From Octopus bimaculoides (taxonomy: Eukaryota): DNA of 45,124 bases. The notes under the pieces are model-generated. The model was not told the DNA's origin. It did not search any database and worked only from the letters and a program-made list of their open reading frames with translations. The position numbers and the translations under genes are program-made. Shown piece after piece: positions 22,901-34,800 of the stretch. Positions within the stretch are counted from its first letter, which is position 1. Each line of letters opens with the position of its first letter. The DNA lies in assembly GCF_001194135.2 (NCBI RefSeq), contig NC_069001.1, positions 39,995,984 through 40,041,107 on the forward strand, given 5' to 3'.

Positions 22901-24588
22901 CCAAGGCTCTTTCACTGGAATTTTTAACATCAACAGGGTATTTGTGCATCATTGTGTATAATAAGTGCAATATTTGGGGTCAGTGCATGTGCAAATTTGT
23001 ATGCTTTGTTTTATGTTGCATATTTAAATATATGCATATGTATTTAAATGCTTAACTTTTGGAAAGTTTTACCTGCTTTGACAATTCCATTGATGCCTTG
23101 TATCTGTAATATTTTAATAAGCTTTCTCCTTTCAGAATCCTAATTTCTCAAGATTGGTATTGAGGCAGTTTGTTACATATTCTAGTGCTCCAGTAATTAT
23201 GGGGAAAAATCTGAACTTGTAATCCAGGTAGAGTAGCTATAAATAGCTCGGCATAGGTCTTTTTAACTTTGTCACTGATCTTTAGTTTCACACTGGACAA
23301 CTGATTTTTACTAATGTACTTAGTTTCTCTTCTCTGTCTGCAATCACCATGTCTGGTTTATTCTGTTTGCATTTTCTTGAGGTTTTCACAGGGACATCGC
23401 ACCAGTACTCTTTCATATTACAGGTGGTATGACCTCTACCATACTATAGGTTCTTATCCCTTTGGCTTCATGATTATCCTTCCAACATATCTCATACAGT
23501 TTCTTGACTATAACATCATGTCTCATTGTAAGATAATAACATGATGAAATTTTGGGATGTATGCTAATGATGTGGGTGATATCTTTAGTGTTAACTCCAC
23601 TTTATTAATGGATTCACTTTAACACTTGGTGCTTAAAATATGTTGCAAAAGGGATATGATATAACACTGAAGAGCAGTCTGGATCGATGTTAAGCCTCTG
23701 CCTCCTTCTTTTCATTTTAGGGAGAGGTGGTCTACGTCACTATTGATGATGTGAAAATTATTTGTGCCAATCAGTACCTCCTGAGTTTTCACATCAATGG
23801 CTTGGGTCTCATCAAGCAACCAATCAAGTACTCCAAATGTTGGTCTGAGCACTGGTACTGCAAACACCCTAACCCTAACACTAGATAGATTAGCAAGGTT
23901 TAATAAGGAAGGGGGGAATAAAAGCGGTGGGGGGGATAAGCGAGGAGGGGGTTAAAAAATCTGAAAAAAGGCAAGACTTCCTTTTTGTACCCTACAAAAA
24001 CACCCCTTTTTAAAAAAATTTATTATTTTTCTACACAAACCCCCGTTTTCGGCTACGAAGAATACGAATCTGCAAAAAAATTGGCAAAAATTATGATATA
24101 AAGGTGATTTGACTGCTATTTCTAGCAGGCTAGCCAACTACGCAGAAGCTGCTTTCATTGCTCGTGTGCGTGGTGTATGTATGCTTGAATCTGTATTTGT
24201 GTGTTGGTGGTTTGAAAAGACTCTTCTATTCACAATACCAATTGTCATGATTTTAGTAATAAAGAGACACTAATGTAAATAGTTGTAGTAAAAGTTGTAT
24301 ATCATAAGCTACGCGAAAACTAAAAACCTCATCTTAGCGGCTCAAAGAATGGGCTTCCATCATCACTGAATTGATTTCCATCAACATGTATGTATTTACG
24401 TGAATATGTATAATAGTAAACAAAAGAAACGCTTTCAGAAAAGTTATTTGGAGGTTACCTTCATTCCAGTTAATTATTTCAATATCTTCGCTAGCGTTGT
24501 ACGGATTTTCAGGATTGAAAACTCTATTAAGTACTGCTTTGTCATAGTCGCTGATTGCTGCAACTCGGTCGGTTTTCTCTTCATGCAT
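19782..24588 (-). CDS. TTC36: Tetratricopeptide repeat protein 36, complete, 4 coding exons, 194 aa
   Basis: Exons 24588-24459, 21133-20945, 20722-20624, 19948-19782 total 585 nt; all introns GT-AG phase 1; motifs [41 protein letters not shown] and LNPYAALCNQML match TTC36 as recalled. Confidence 0.93.
20106..20338 (+). mobile_element. R4/Dong-like non-LTR retrotransposon fragment (CCHC region) in TTC36 intron 3
   Basis: DQAIKTNNSRKNINGENVSEKCRACRSWNETVAHRVTECPKLAQEEYKKWRHNQVVNVLHWKLCQKW: CxxC-x7-H-x4-C followed by RHN, typical of elements with a restriction-like endonuclease. Confidence 0.85.
20624..20722 (-). CDS. TTC36: TTC36 coding exon 3
   Basis: [33 protein letters not shown]; donor gtaagt. 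Confidence 0.92.
20945..21133 (-). CDS. TTC36: TTC36 coding exon 2
   Basis: EPKILTAVEQEAKSWEVRGVQEAENG...[15 protein letters not shown]; canonical splice sites. Confidence 0.92.
21630..22470 (-). mobile_element. Mariner-family transposon relic in TTC36 intron 1
   Basis: HYVIKFCVKLEKDTTETYEMVQTA (mariner HTH start) and MKEAVTRGLDTFTLEDFH (C-terminus); degenerate TIR-like ends; heavily deleted. Confidence 0.8.
24459..24588 (-). CDS. TTC36: TTC36 coding exon 1
   Basis: ATG at 24588; [43 protein letters not shown]; donor G|gtaacc. Confidence 0.85.
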
Positions 24589-26406
24589 AATGGCTTGCAA
24601 GCAAATAAAAAAATTATAAACAAAACCCTTCTGGTAACCACGATAATATACGAATCGAATACGAAGATTTTAAGAATGGGGTAACCGCAAGGAGGAGAGT
24701 TGCTGAAGCGATTTTTGATTGGACAAAAGTTATTGCAGGTGCGTCATTTCCAGTTGTTTAACAGCATGTCACCCGCTAATTCAGCTGTTCTTTGATGAAA
24801 AGCTTTCCGTCCAGGACTATCTGTTTTTAGGAGAGTATCTAGAATTGTTTTATCTAATATGTGTTCTCCCCCCCCCCTTTTTTTAAGCTGAGGGGAATTT
24901 GATCCGATATTTCTAGCAGTTCAGACGAGCATGTAGAGATTTTCTAGTCTTTAGTAATTGTTTAGTGAGGTCAGTGCTGATAAAGCAGGTAGTACCAAGG
25001 ACGTTCTAGTCATTACAATTCGTCTTCTCTATTATCTGATGTGTCCATCCTATTCGTTTTAAACCTTACGTTAAATGTATTCTAGCCATCACAGATTATT
25101 TAATGTGCCCTTATATGTTTTTTAGATATTGGGGGAGAGGTGCAATGTGAATGATAGTTGGCTGTTATATCAAGTACAGACGTTCCTAATCTGGGGATCG
25201 CAAATGAAATTGTTTATTTAGTCCCAAAATGACCTATGTGGATGAATATGTGATAGGCATAAGAGATGCAACACCAAATAATCAATAATCAAAGTAAAAT
25301 GGTATAACTTTAATAAAACTTTTGGAAAATTACGTATTTTATGTCAATATTAAAGACTGCAGCCCTGGGAGAATTGAGTTGCAGAAATGGGTCGCGCCAG
25401 TAAATGTTTACGAAAAGCTGAGGTCGTCGCTCGGGATCAAGGAGTTAAGTTCCCCAGGTTGGAGTAAAAGAACGAGGGTCTACCAATGATTATCTCCCTT
25501 TACTCATCTTTCAATGGATTCGAACCGAGTAAGTTTTTCTTTTGTATCTTTCATAAACACTGTATTGTAGTAGACACACTCTAATATGCAGACATATATA
25601 TATATATCGATAATCTTGAACGAAAGCGGCGTCAGTTAGAAGTACACCAACATTAAAAAGGATGTACCAAAATAATTTGGCCGTCGGCGTAATTAATTGA
25701 TACAAGTTACGATATTTTTATATATTCAAACCGAAAGATCCTCCTCATAAGTGAATACGCACACCTATTTTATATATAATTAGATATATATTTATTTAGA
25801 GAGAGAGATTTGGGTTTAAGATGATTGAGTTGTAAATACAAATTAAAAGTGATTTTGTTACACAAGATTAAAGACATTCGTTGATGTTTAGAAAGCAATG
25901 TCGAGACTTTTTTTTTTCTTTTGTTAGGCTTTTAATTAATGTAAGAACGTCAGAATTAGGCGAAGTTTTGTCTAATTCTATTTAACTTTCTGTTAGCGAA
26001 CTTCTGACTTTTGTACATGGTTTTTGGTGTTGGTCCTGGCCGAGAAGACTCCATCCGTGACCATCCCGCTTTTTTTGTATCTAAAATTCTTTTTTCTTTT
26101 TTTCTTTTGCATGACGATAGAATGTGATTTGAATGAAATTTGGTTCCAACCGTTTTATAACAGCTTCCAGCGAAATAGACTGTTTCAGTTAATATTTAAA
26201 TAATAAATTAGATGATTTTAGTAAAGTGATGAACTTGTCTCATTATTAAAATTTGTTTGGGACTTCGGTTCTTCTTTAGAAGTTTACCTCTCCAAGAAAA
26301 TGACGCTTACTTGTTAAAAAAGTTACGAAAATGGGAAATATGTCTAAAAAAAATTAGGAAGATTAATGTATTTTTAAATATTTTATACAAAAAAAAATAA
26401 TAATAT

Positions 26407-26765
26407 AAGGAAAACGGACAGTCGCGAATCTAAACAAGAACGTGGGACGATAACTGACTTTCTACCAGTCAGGTATTATTACTGATAAAGGGGCCCTCGA
26501 CAATATCATCTGCGAATTGTAAGAATTCACAATCTTTTTCTTAAAACTCAGTTTATAACTAATATATACTATTATGTTAAATTTTGTTCCTGAACGGGAA
26601 ATATCATAAAATGGGCGAAGGTAAAGCGAGTCCATCTAACACTAAACCAGTAAAAAAATATCTGATTAAAAACTATCAAGAATTTGCAAACGATATTGTC
26701 AGGTCCCTCGTTATTAATTTGATATATCGTCCCACAGGTCTGTTGAGATTCGCCCGTTTCCCCTT
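26407..26765. mobile_element. Old MITE-like element with long imperfect TIRs
   Basis: aaggaaaacgg...gcgaatctaaacaagaacgtgggacgata is mirrored by tatcgtcccacaggtctgttgagattcgcccgtttcccctt; an inner repeat pair is also mirrored. Confidence 0.55.
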
Positions 26766-28519
26766 CTTTCTTTTGTAGTATAAAAGATCTAAAAATAGAT
26801 GAATCTTCCTAATTTTTTTGCATACTTCATTTATTTTGGATATATTTCCCATTTTTCATCATATTTTTTTGGCGTCATTTTCTTGGAGAGGTTCGCTTCT
26901 AAAGAAACGCCAAGACTTCTTAGGGGGCATCGTTTCTTATCGTGTGCGACCGATGCATTCAACGTTGAATTGATATTTTTCTTTTTTCTTCGCTCTTGAT
27001 TGTGTGTGTGTTTTTTTTTTAGATTTTATATTTGTATTTTAATGTATAGAATAAGAGTTAAAATAAGGCTAAATAGATCTTTTATTTTTCACTTGTTTCA
27101 GTCATTAGAACGTGGCCCATGACGAGGCACCGTCTCGAAGAATTTTAGTCGAAGCGACCCCCATACTTAGTTTTTCTTTTATTTCTTTCTAAATGAAATT
27201 CTGCAGATAGTAAAATGTTTTTAAATCATTCTTCCTCCTCCCCCTGACTCTGTTATCAGTAACTTCTGTAACTTTATGATCAATGATATTCCAGCAAAAA
27301 CTGTCCTGTCTTTATTATAAAACAGCAGGTTGTAATTTGAGGAAGCTAACACTTGGTCATACAAATCTGCTGAAAATAGCAGCTAAATCTACCACAATTA
27401 CATTATACTGTCCAGACAGGAGTCATAATGATCAACATAATTCTTTATATAAAATCTGTAGAATTATCATGACTGAATTAAGAGTGCATAACAGCAAAAA
27501 ACTTTACTTTGATCCAATATGGGAAGGCATTTGCACGAGCACATGGCCTGCCAGATAGATATGGTAGTCAAATTTCCCTCAAATCACATCCTACCATCTT
27601 AAATTAGAAAACATAGTTCTGGATATACGAACAAATGTGATACACAATCAGGAGTTGTGGGGTCATTGCATGAAAGCTTCAACTTCTGCTTCCTATCTTT
27701 ATATTAAAACTAATCATATTTTATTGGTTTCAGTGGTATCAAAAGGGGAACAATGTAGTTATTATGAAATGAGCTTGTTAATCATACAGCCTCACCTACA
27801 TTCACCAAGTCTAGGACTTTTTTTTTTTTTATTATGGTGTTAGCCAAGATGAAGGGACTCTGTTCATTAGTTCTGCAAGTTGTCTGACCGTCGGATTCGT
27901 GTGATAGGACAGCTATAAGTTGAGGTCCAGTGTCATACCTATTATATATTTATAAGAATATCTCTGACTGTTCTCAGAGAACTAATGAACAGAGTCCTTT
28001 TATCGTGGCTAATACCAAAAACAATTTTTAAAAAAGGTCTTGGACTTATGAATACAGGTGAGGTTGTGTGATTAAGAAGTTCATTTCGTAACTTCATTGT
28101 TCGCCTTATGATTCCACTGAAACCAATAACAGAATTATTTAAAATTAAAAAATAAATAAAATCGCTTTTATTTATTTACCTTTTTTTTTTTTTTTTTNNN
28201 NNNNNNNTTTTTTTTTTTTTTTGTAAACTAATTGTTATATTTTATTTTGTATCATTTCAGATTTTGGATTTTCTCTCAGAAAGTTTCAAAGTTTTTATTG
28301 TTTAAATGAACTGCAAACACGGGTCAGCAATTTTTATCATCCAATTATTTGTTAAACAATGAACAGGAAATACCAATATAGTTTACTTACAAGAATATAT
28401 AAAAGTTTTCCTAATATTACACTTCATGAAGCTGTTACATTCCCTGACATATACATTTTTATTTTTAATACAATCCTTGCAAGTAAACACTAGTTTCTGT
28501 TTCATCTATTATTTACACA

Positions 28520-28805
28520 ATGTTTATCCAGTACCAAAAGAATCCAGTGTACTATCAGTACTTGTTAAAGATTTGGGATATTGTACAGTCAAACACCTTA
28601 AAGTCTCTCAGTAAAAGACATCTGATACAAATAAGCAAAAAAACTATGCAATCCACTTTTATCAATGAGGATACAGTTGTGAAATATCTGAAATCAAAAG
28701 GAATCAGTTTTGAAAAACAATATACAAGTATCATAGTAACATGTCCTAAAGCTTTCAACACCATTAACAAACAGACAAAGTATATTTATATAAATATGAT
28801 CACAG
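28520..28805 (+). CDS. TWNK: Twinkle first coding exon
   Basis: ...TVVKYLKSKGISFEKQYTSIIVTCPK...YIYINMIT; donor G|gttcgt; in-frame stop at 28484 upstream of the ATG. Confidence 0.75.
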
Positions 28806-31800
28806 GTTCGTATATTTCATCATTTATGTGTGTTGTTCAGTTCTATATTTAAGAGATGAGGAATTATTTACATTTGACGGATATTTGTCCTTATCTTGTT
28901 TGTTGTTAACACAACGTTTCAGCTGATATACCCTCCAGCCTTCGTCAGGTGTCTTGGGGAAATTTCGAACCTGGGTTCTCATTCCTAACGATGTTACTAT
29001 TATTATATTATTATTATTATTATTATTATTAATCAGGTCGCTGCCGTGAATCGAACTCGGAATCTTGGGGTTAGTAGCCCGCGCTCTTAACCACTATGCC
29101 CACGGGCATATGGCGTAGTGGTTNNNNNNNNNNNNNNNNNNNNNNNNNNNNNNNNNNNNNNNNNNNNNNNNNNNNNNNNNNNNNNNNNTGGTTAAGAGCA
29201 CTGGCTACTAACCCCAAGATTCCGAGTTCGATTCACGGCAGCGACCTGATTAATAATAATAGTAACATCGTTAGGAATGAGAACCCAGGTTCGAAATTTC
29301 CCCAAGACACCTGACGAAGGCTGGAGGGTATATCAGCCGAAACGTTGTGTTAACAACAAACAAGATGAGGACAAATATCCGTCAAATGTAAATAATGTAA
29401 ATGTGTGTTGTTGTTTAATCATAATCCCGCATACATATAGTCAATGACCTTCTAACCCTGACCTGTCTTTTATTTAAATTAGGATTGCATTATCTAATGC
29501 AGTGGTTCCTAACCTTTTTCAGCTCAAGGACCATTTTTTACTTGAAACAGTTTCTAGAGACCACTTCTACTTTTACTTTAAGCTGTTCTATTTTCACACT
29601 AAAATACTTAATGAAAAGACAAAATAGTCAATTTACACTTTAAAATTTATTTTAGCAAACAAAAGATAAAATTTAAAATTTATTTTAGTGAGACGATTGC
29701 GCTGGTATGGACATGTGGCAAGAATGGATGAGGATAGCTGTGTGAAAAAGTGCCACACCCTAGCAGTTGAGGGAACCTGTGGAAGAGGTAGACCCAGGAA
29801 GACCTGGGATGAGGTGGTGAAGCATGACCTTCGAACTTTAGGCCTCACCAAGGCAATGACCAGTGACTGGGACCTTTGGAAATATGCAGTACGTGAGAAG
29901 ACCCGGCAAGGCAAGTGAGAGCATAATCTGTGACCTCTGCCAGAAGTGTAGCCAGCTCACTTATTTGTATCTTTACTTCATTGGACACTAAACACTCTGC
30001 TTGCGAAGACCTGTTGAGGCAAATGAATTTGGAATTTGAAATCTGAAATCGAAATCGAACCGAATCTGATGACTAGCACCCATGCCAACCTCTCCTTCAT
30101 TGGACACTAAACTCTGCTTGCGAAGACCTGTTGGGGCAAGTGAAATCACAATCGTAATTGAACCATGCTTGATGACTGGCACTTGTACCAGTGGAGCACT
30201 AACAGCACTGTCCGAGCGTGTTCATTGCCAGAGCAGCTGTCTGGCTTCCGTGCTAGTGGCCCGTAAATAACACCATTTGAGTGTAATCGTTACCAGCATC
30301 GCCTTCTAGCACTTGTGTTGGTGGCACATTAGAAAATCACTCGAGCGAAGTCTTTGCCAGTGCCGCTGGCACCATTTTCAGCGTGGCCGTTGCTAGTACT
30401 GCCTGACTGGTCTTCGTGCCGGTGGCACATAAAAGCACCAACTACACTCTCGGAGTGGTTGGCGTTAGGAAGGGCATCCAGCTGTAGAAACTCTGCCAGA
30501 TCAGATTGGAGCTTGGTGCAGCCTTCTGGCTGGCCAGTCCTCAGTCAAATCGTCCAACCCATGCTAGCATGGAAAGCGGACGTTAAATGATGATAATGAT
30601 GATGAAAGATAAACACAAGACATCAAAATCATTTTTCATAAAGTCATTCATTTTTAGTCCATTCAGCTATAGACTAGCTTTTGATATTGGTGTTTCTGAC
30701 ACAAGGTATCATAATCAATTTTAATGAACTCATTTAGTCTTAGTCTGATTGTTTCTCTGCTGTTGATATCTAATTCATTTCTTTTTCTACTTAAAATATC
30801 TACAACAGCTGAAAATGCAGATTCCACCACCCATGTGGTAGGGAAAAGGAATGATGCTTGCTTCTACATGTCGAAAAATATTTGGGTGTGATTCCTTTAT
30901 CGATATGTAGGCAAAGACACCTTCTTTTTCAACTCTTCTTCTCAGTTTCATATTCTCTTTCAAATCCAACAGCATTTCAGCCAACTCAAAATTTTCATCT
31001 CCTGGCTCATAATTTTCTAGATCTACAAACCAGAGTGGATAATCCATCTTTAATAAATCATTGCATCTTCTCTCAAAGTCTACATGAAGACCTTCAAGAT
31101 GGACAATGCATGCAGCAATGCATTCTGATGTAGGAACAGTGGTGTTAAAACAGGGGACCAAATCTGATTTTCTACCTTGCAGCTCTAAGTTAAGCAGATT
31201 CACTGTTTTAAAAATATCACTCAAGTAGAATATTTTTGATTTAAACTCAGAAAGTCTTTCCAAAATTTTCTTAGTTGTATCAGCTTGCTTCTTGGAGTTG
31301 TAATGAGTCATCTGACTCTTGAACATGAGAAAGTTGATTAATGGTTCCCACCAATTCACTAGTCTTTCAAGGCTCAGGCCTTTTGACAACCATCTTCTGT
31401 GTGAAACAATAGGGTTTTAAAATCTTCATCTTCACAGAATTGCATAAAGAATCTATTAGTCACTGAGTTTGATTTGACAAAGTTAATTGCATGTATGGCA
31501 GTGTTGAGTGCTTCTTCTATGTGTCCNNNNNNNNNNNNNNNNNNNNNNNNNNNNNNNNNNNNNNNNNNNNNNNNNNNNNNNNNNNNNNNNNNNNNNNNNN
31601 NNNNNNNNNNNNNNNNNNNNNNNNNNNNNNNNNNNNNNNNNNNNNNNNNNNNNNNNNNNNNNNNNNNNNNNNNNNNNNNNNNNNNNNNNNNNNNNNNNNN
31701 NNNNNNNNNNNNNNNNNNNNNNNNNNNNNNNNNNNNNNNNNNNNNNNNNNNNNNNNNNNNNNNNNNNNNNNNNNNNNNNNNNNNNNNNNNNNNNNNNNNN

Positions 31801-34800
31801 NNNNNNNNNNNNNNNNNNNNNNNNNNNNNNNNNNNNNNNNNNNNNNNNNNNNNNNNNNNNNNNNNNNNNNNNNNNNNNNNNNNNNNNNNNNNNNNNNNNN
31901 NNNNNNNNNNNNNNNNNNNNNNNNNNNNNNNNNNNNNNNNNNNNNNNNNNNNNNNNNNNNNNNNNNNNNNNNNNNNNNNNNNNNNNNNNNNNNNNNNNNN
32001 NNNNNNNNNNNNNNNNNNNNNNNNNNNNNNNNNNNNNNNNNNNNNNNNNNNNNNNNNNNNNNNNNNNNNNNNNNNNNNNNNNNNNNNNNNNNNNNNNNNN
32101 NNNNNNNNNNNNNNNNNNNNNNNNNNNNNNNNNNNNNNNNNNNNNNNNNNNNNNNNNNNNNNNNNNNNNNNNNNNNNNNNNNNNNNNNNNNNNNNNNNNN
32201 NNNNNNNNNNNNNNNNNNNNNNNNNNNNNNNNNNNNNNNNGTTTGATTGACTGTATTTTCTTTTGATTCTCAAAATATTCCCCACCTTTACCAACAGATG
32301 ATGGAGGCCTTAATTTCTGGTGCTGTTCCAGCTGAACTTTCTTCATGGAATGATTTCTCATGGAATGGCATCACATTCAAGACACACAGGTTTTCAGTCT
32401 GCAGATACAAAACCAAACATGATAAAATCTTCTTTGTAGTTCCTCAGTTTTGCATTTTTAGCAGTTGGTTCAGACATTATTACACCTGATCTTAAAGAAA
32501 ATAAAAATAATAAATATTTTATTTCAATAAATTAAAAGTATCAAATTTATTATTAAGCAATATTGTGTAGTGATCTATCAAAAATATCAAATTCATTATG
32601 AAACTGTTGTGATTGTAAAATTTAAATTCTGTAATTCTTGATTGTAATATATTATTGATTATATATTATACATTATTGATTCTTATGGAATAATTATTGA
32701 ATTTTGTTTTTTTTATTATTATTATTGTCTTCATATAAATTATTATTAACTAATAGTGTCTTTATTATCAAACAATATTGTGTAGATTTGAAATGGTTTC
32801 AATTATTTTTCGGCTACGAATTCTCTGGGGACCACCGGTGGGTCCCAGGGACCATGTTGGGAATCATTGATCTAATGTATTCTGGGGTGTGATTTGACTG
32901 CTGTATAAATTGCAGACAGTAACCTCAGTAATTACTTCAGGTTAGGACAGCTCTGCTTATCACAAGTTCCTCACTCAGCTGACTCTGGTTGACTACTCAG
33001 AAGGAACTCTTGTCCAGGTCACAGATCACTTCTCAACTTTGAAATTTCATGTTAGTATCTAGAGAGGTATGTTGTGCCTTCTGGAGGGAAGGTGCTCCTT
33101 TAGCCCTTACAGAAACTCATTTAGTGTTAGTGTGATGATAAAAATGCTGGTTTTTCAGTGATCTTACTCTAAAGCTCTCAGGCCTCTTTACTCTTCATGA
33201 GACCAACATGAGCTCTAATATTTCCAATTGGGATATCAGAGTTAACTAATAGTGTCTTTATTATCTTTAGGAGGAAGGACAAATAAACAAAGAAGTGGGA
33301 GATACACTGTCAATTGGATTAATGATGAATCTATAATTACAATAGTTTATGTACAGACTAGAAATTAGTATTAGTAGCCATATAGATCACTGAATAACCA
33401 CTAATGCTAACTGAAGAATGACCTGGCAATTTTGGTCATTATAGGCACAGGTACTAATTTACCTATGATATTGGGAATATCTACTTGCTACTGATTACAG
33501 AATCAGATAATGTTTATCTGATTGACAAACAATATTTTTTTTTTAATGTCATGTATTCATTGCAAATATACAACTGAGAGAGTTATTCTAAAGTAATAAA
33601 TATTTTAATTAGTATTCATTCTGCATGAATTTTGTTGTACCTGTGTAACAGCTGATATTCCCCTGAGCAGTAAAACATATATCCCCAGCATTTCTTGATG
33701 AGTAACACTTTAGTGTCTAAATAAACAACAGTCTGGTCAGCTGGAATGCCATTGATCATAAGTCTTTGGATCAGAGCTGACCTGGGGCTGAACAACAAAT
33801 TTTTTCTCACATTCCCTTTTTTTTGTCTGTATGATTCCTAAAGAATTGTCCGTATTTTATTTCTAGGCCAGTTCACCTGCCAACATTGTAGAAAATCTGG
33901 TTTGTGGGAGCAGCTTCAAGAAAATCTAAACAACATATTTAACAAGAAAAAAAGGTATGGTGATCATGTGATCAAATCAGTTCTGATCAAATAGATCTAT
34001 AACCAAAGATGTTCCAGTCCTTTCCAACATATACTGAGCAGGGCCATTTACCTGACAGAAATAGTCTTATCCACTTTCTTGTTAACAATAATTTTAGTCT
34101 TTGCCAAGTTAACTTTAAGGCCATTTGATTCCAGGTTTTGCTTCGAAACCTGGAACTTCTCCAATTCTGCAATAAGAGCAAGATCATCAGCATATAGCAT
34201 TTCCCATGGGCATCCAGTTTTGAATTCCTCTGTTATGGCCTGGAGAATTATGATGAACAAGAATGGACTAAGAACTGATCCCTGGTTAACTCCAACTTGT
34301 ACACTAAATTCATCATTGTGTTCAAGGTTGACTCTCACCTTACTGACAGCATCGCTGTACATGGCTTGTATGGCTCTAACAAACCACTCCTCTACTCCTA
34401 GCTTCCTTAGAGACCACCAGATAAGAGAGCAGGGATCCCTGTCGAAGGCTTTCTCTAAGTCAACAGAGGTTAAGTACAAGGGTTTATGTTTGACCAAATA
34501 CTTTTCTTGTAACTGTCTCACTCGGAAGATGGTATCTGTAGTACTTCTCCCTGGAAAAAAACCAAACTGCATCTCATCTAGTTTAATTCTATACCTAATC
34601 AGTTGCGATATAACTCTCATGTGTGTGTGTATTTATGTGTATACAACGAAAGAATTTGATGTTTGGAATATAGCTTATTTCAAAATTATTATTTAAAATT
34701 ACGATAAAAGATTTCAATTTAAGTTATGTCTATTAAAATAAGCATTTGTGTATAATGAAAGCAAATACTTTATGAAAACTAAATGTGTGAAATAATTCTT

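Larger units (their letters stand above)
28863..29396. mobile_element. Head-to-head inverted pair of a tRNA-headed SINE-like element with a hammerhead-containing tail
   Basis: 28863-29097 is the reverse complement of 29102-29396 with a few differences; head has A box TGGCGTAGTGG and B box GAGTTCGATTC; (AAT)n spacer; apex atgccc-ac-gggcat; N gap inside the right arm. Confidence 0.85.
29500..32869 (-). mobile_element. hAT (Buster/Charlie-like) DNA transposon with degraded transposase, both ends present
   Basis: TIRs cagtggttcctaac / caatgattcccaac; perfect 8-bp TSD ATCTAATG (29492-29499, 32870-32877) with central TA; relic from ATG 32477: BED-like KPVCLEC...SMKKVQLEQH, LNTAIHAINFVKSN...LLFHTE, IFYLSDIF..VNLLNLELQG. 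Confidence 0.9.

Noticed and set aside
23867-23879. Telomere-like (CCCTAA)2
   Set aside because: Only two units; expected by chance
29102-29250. tRNA gene-like sequence (also about 10945-11015)
   Set aside because: A and B boxes are present, but there is no proper acceptor stem, and at 29102 it runs into a repeat body: SINE heads
31374-32361. Long ORF-track entries (250-306 aa), also 3218-3628, 8194-8577 and 29096-29314
   Set aside because: Length comes from N gaps; the real parts are hAT relic, microsatellite, MITE or SINE
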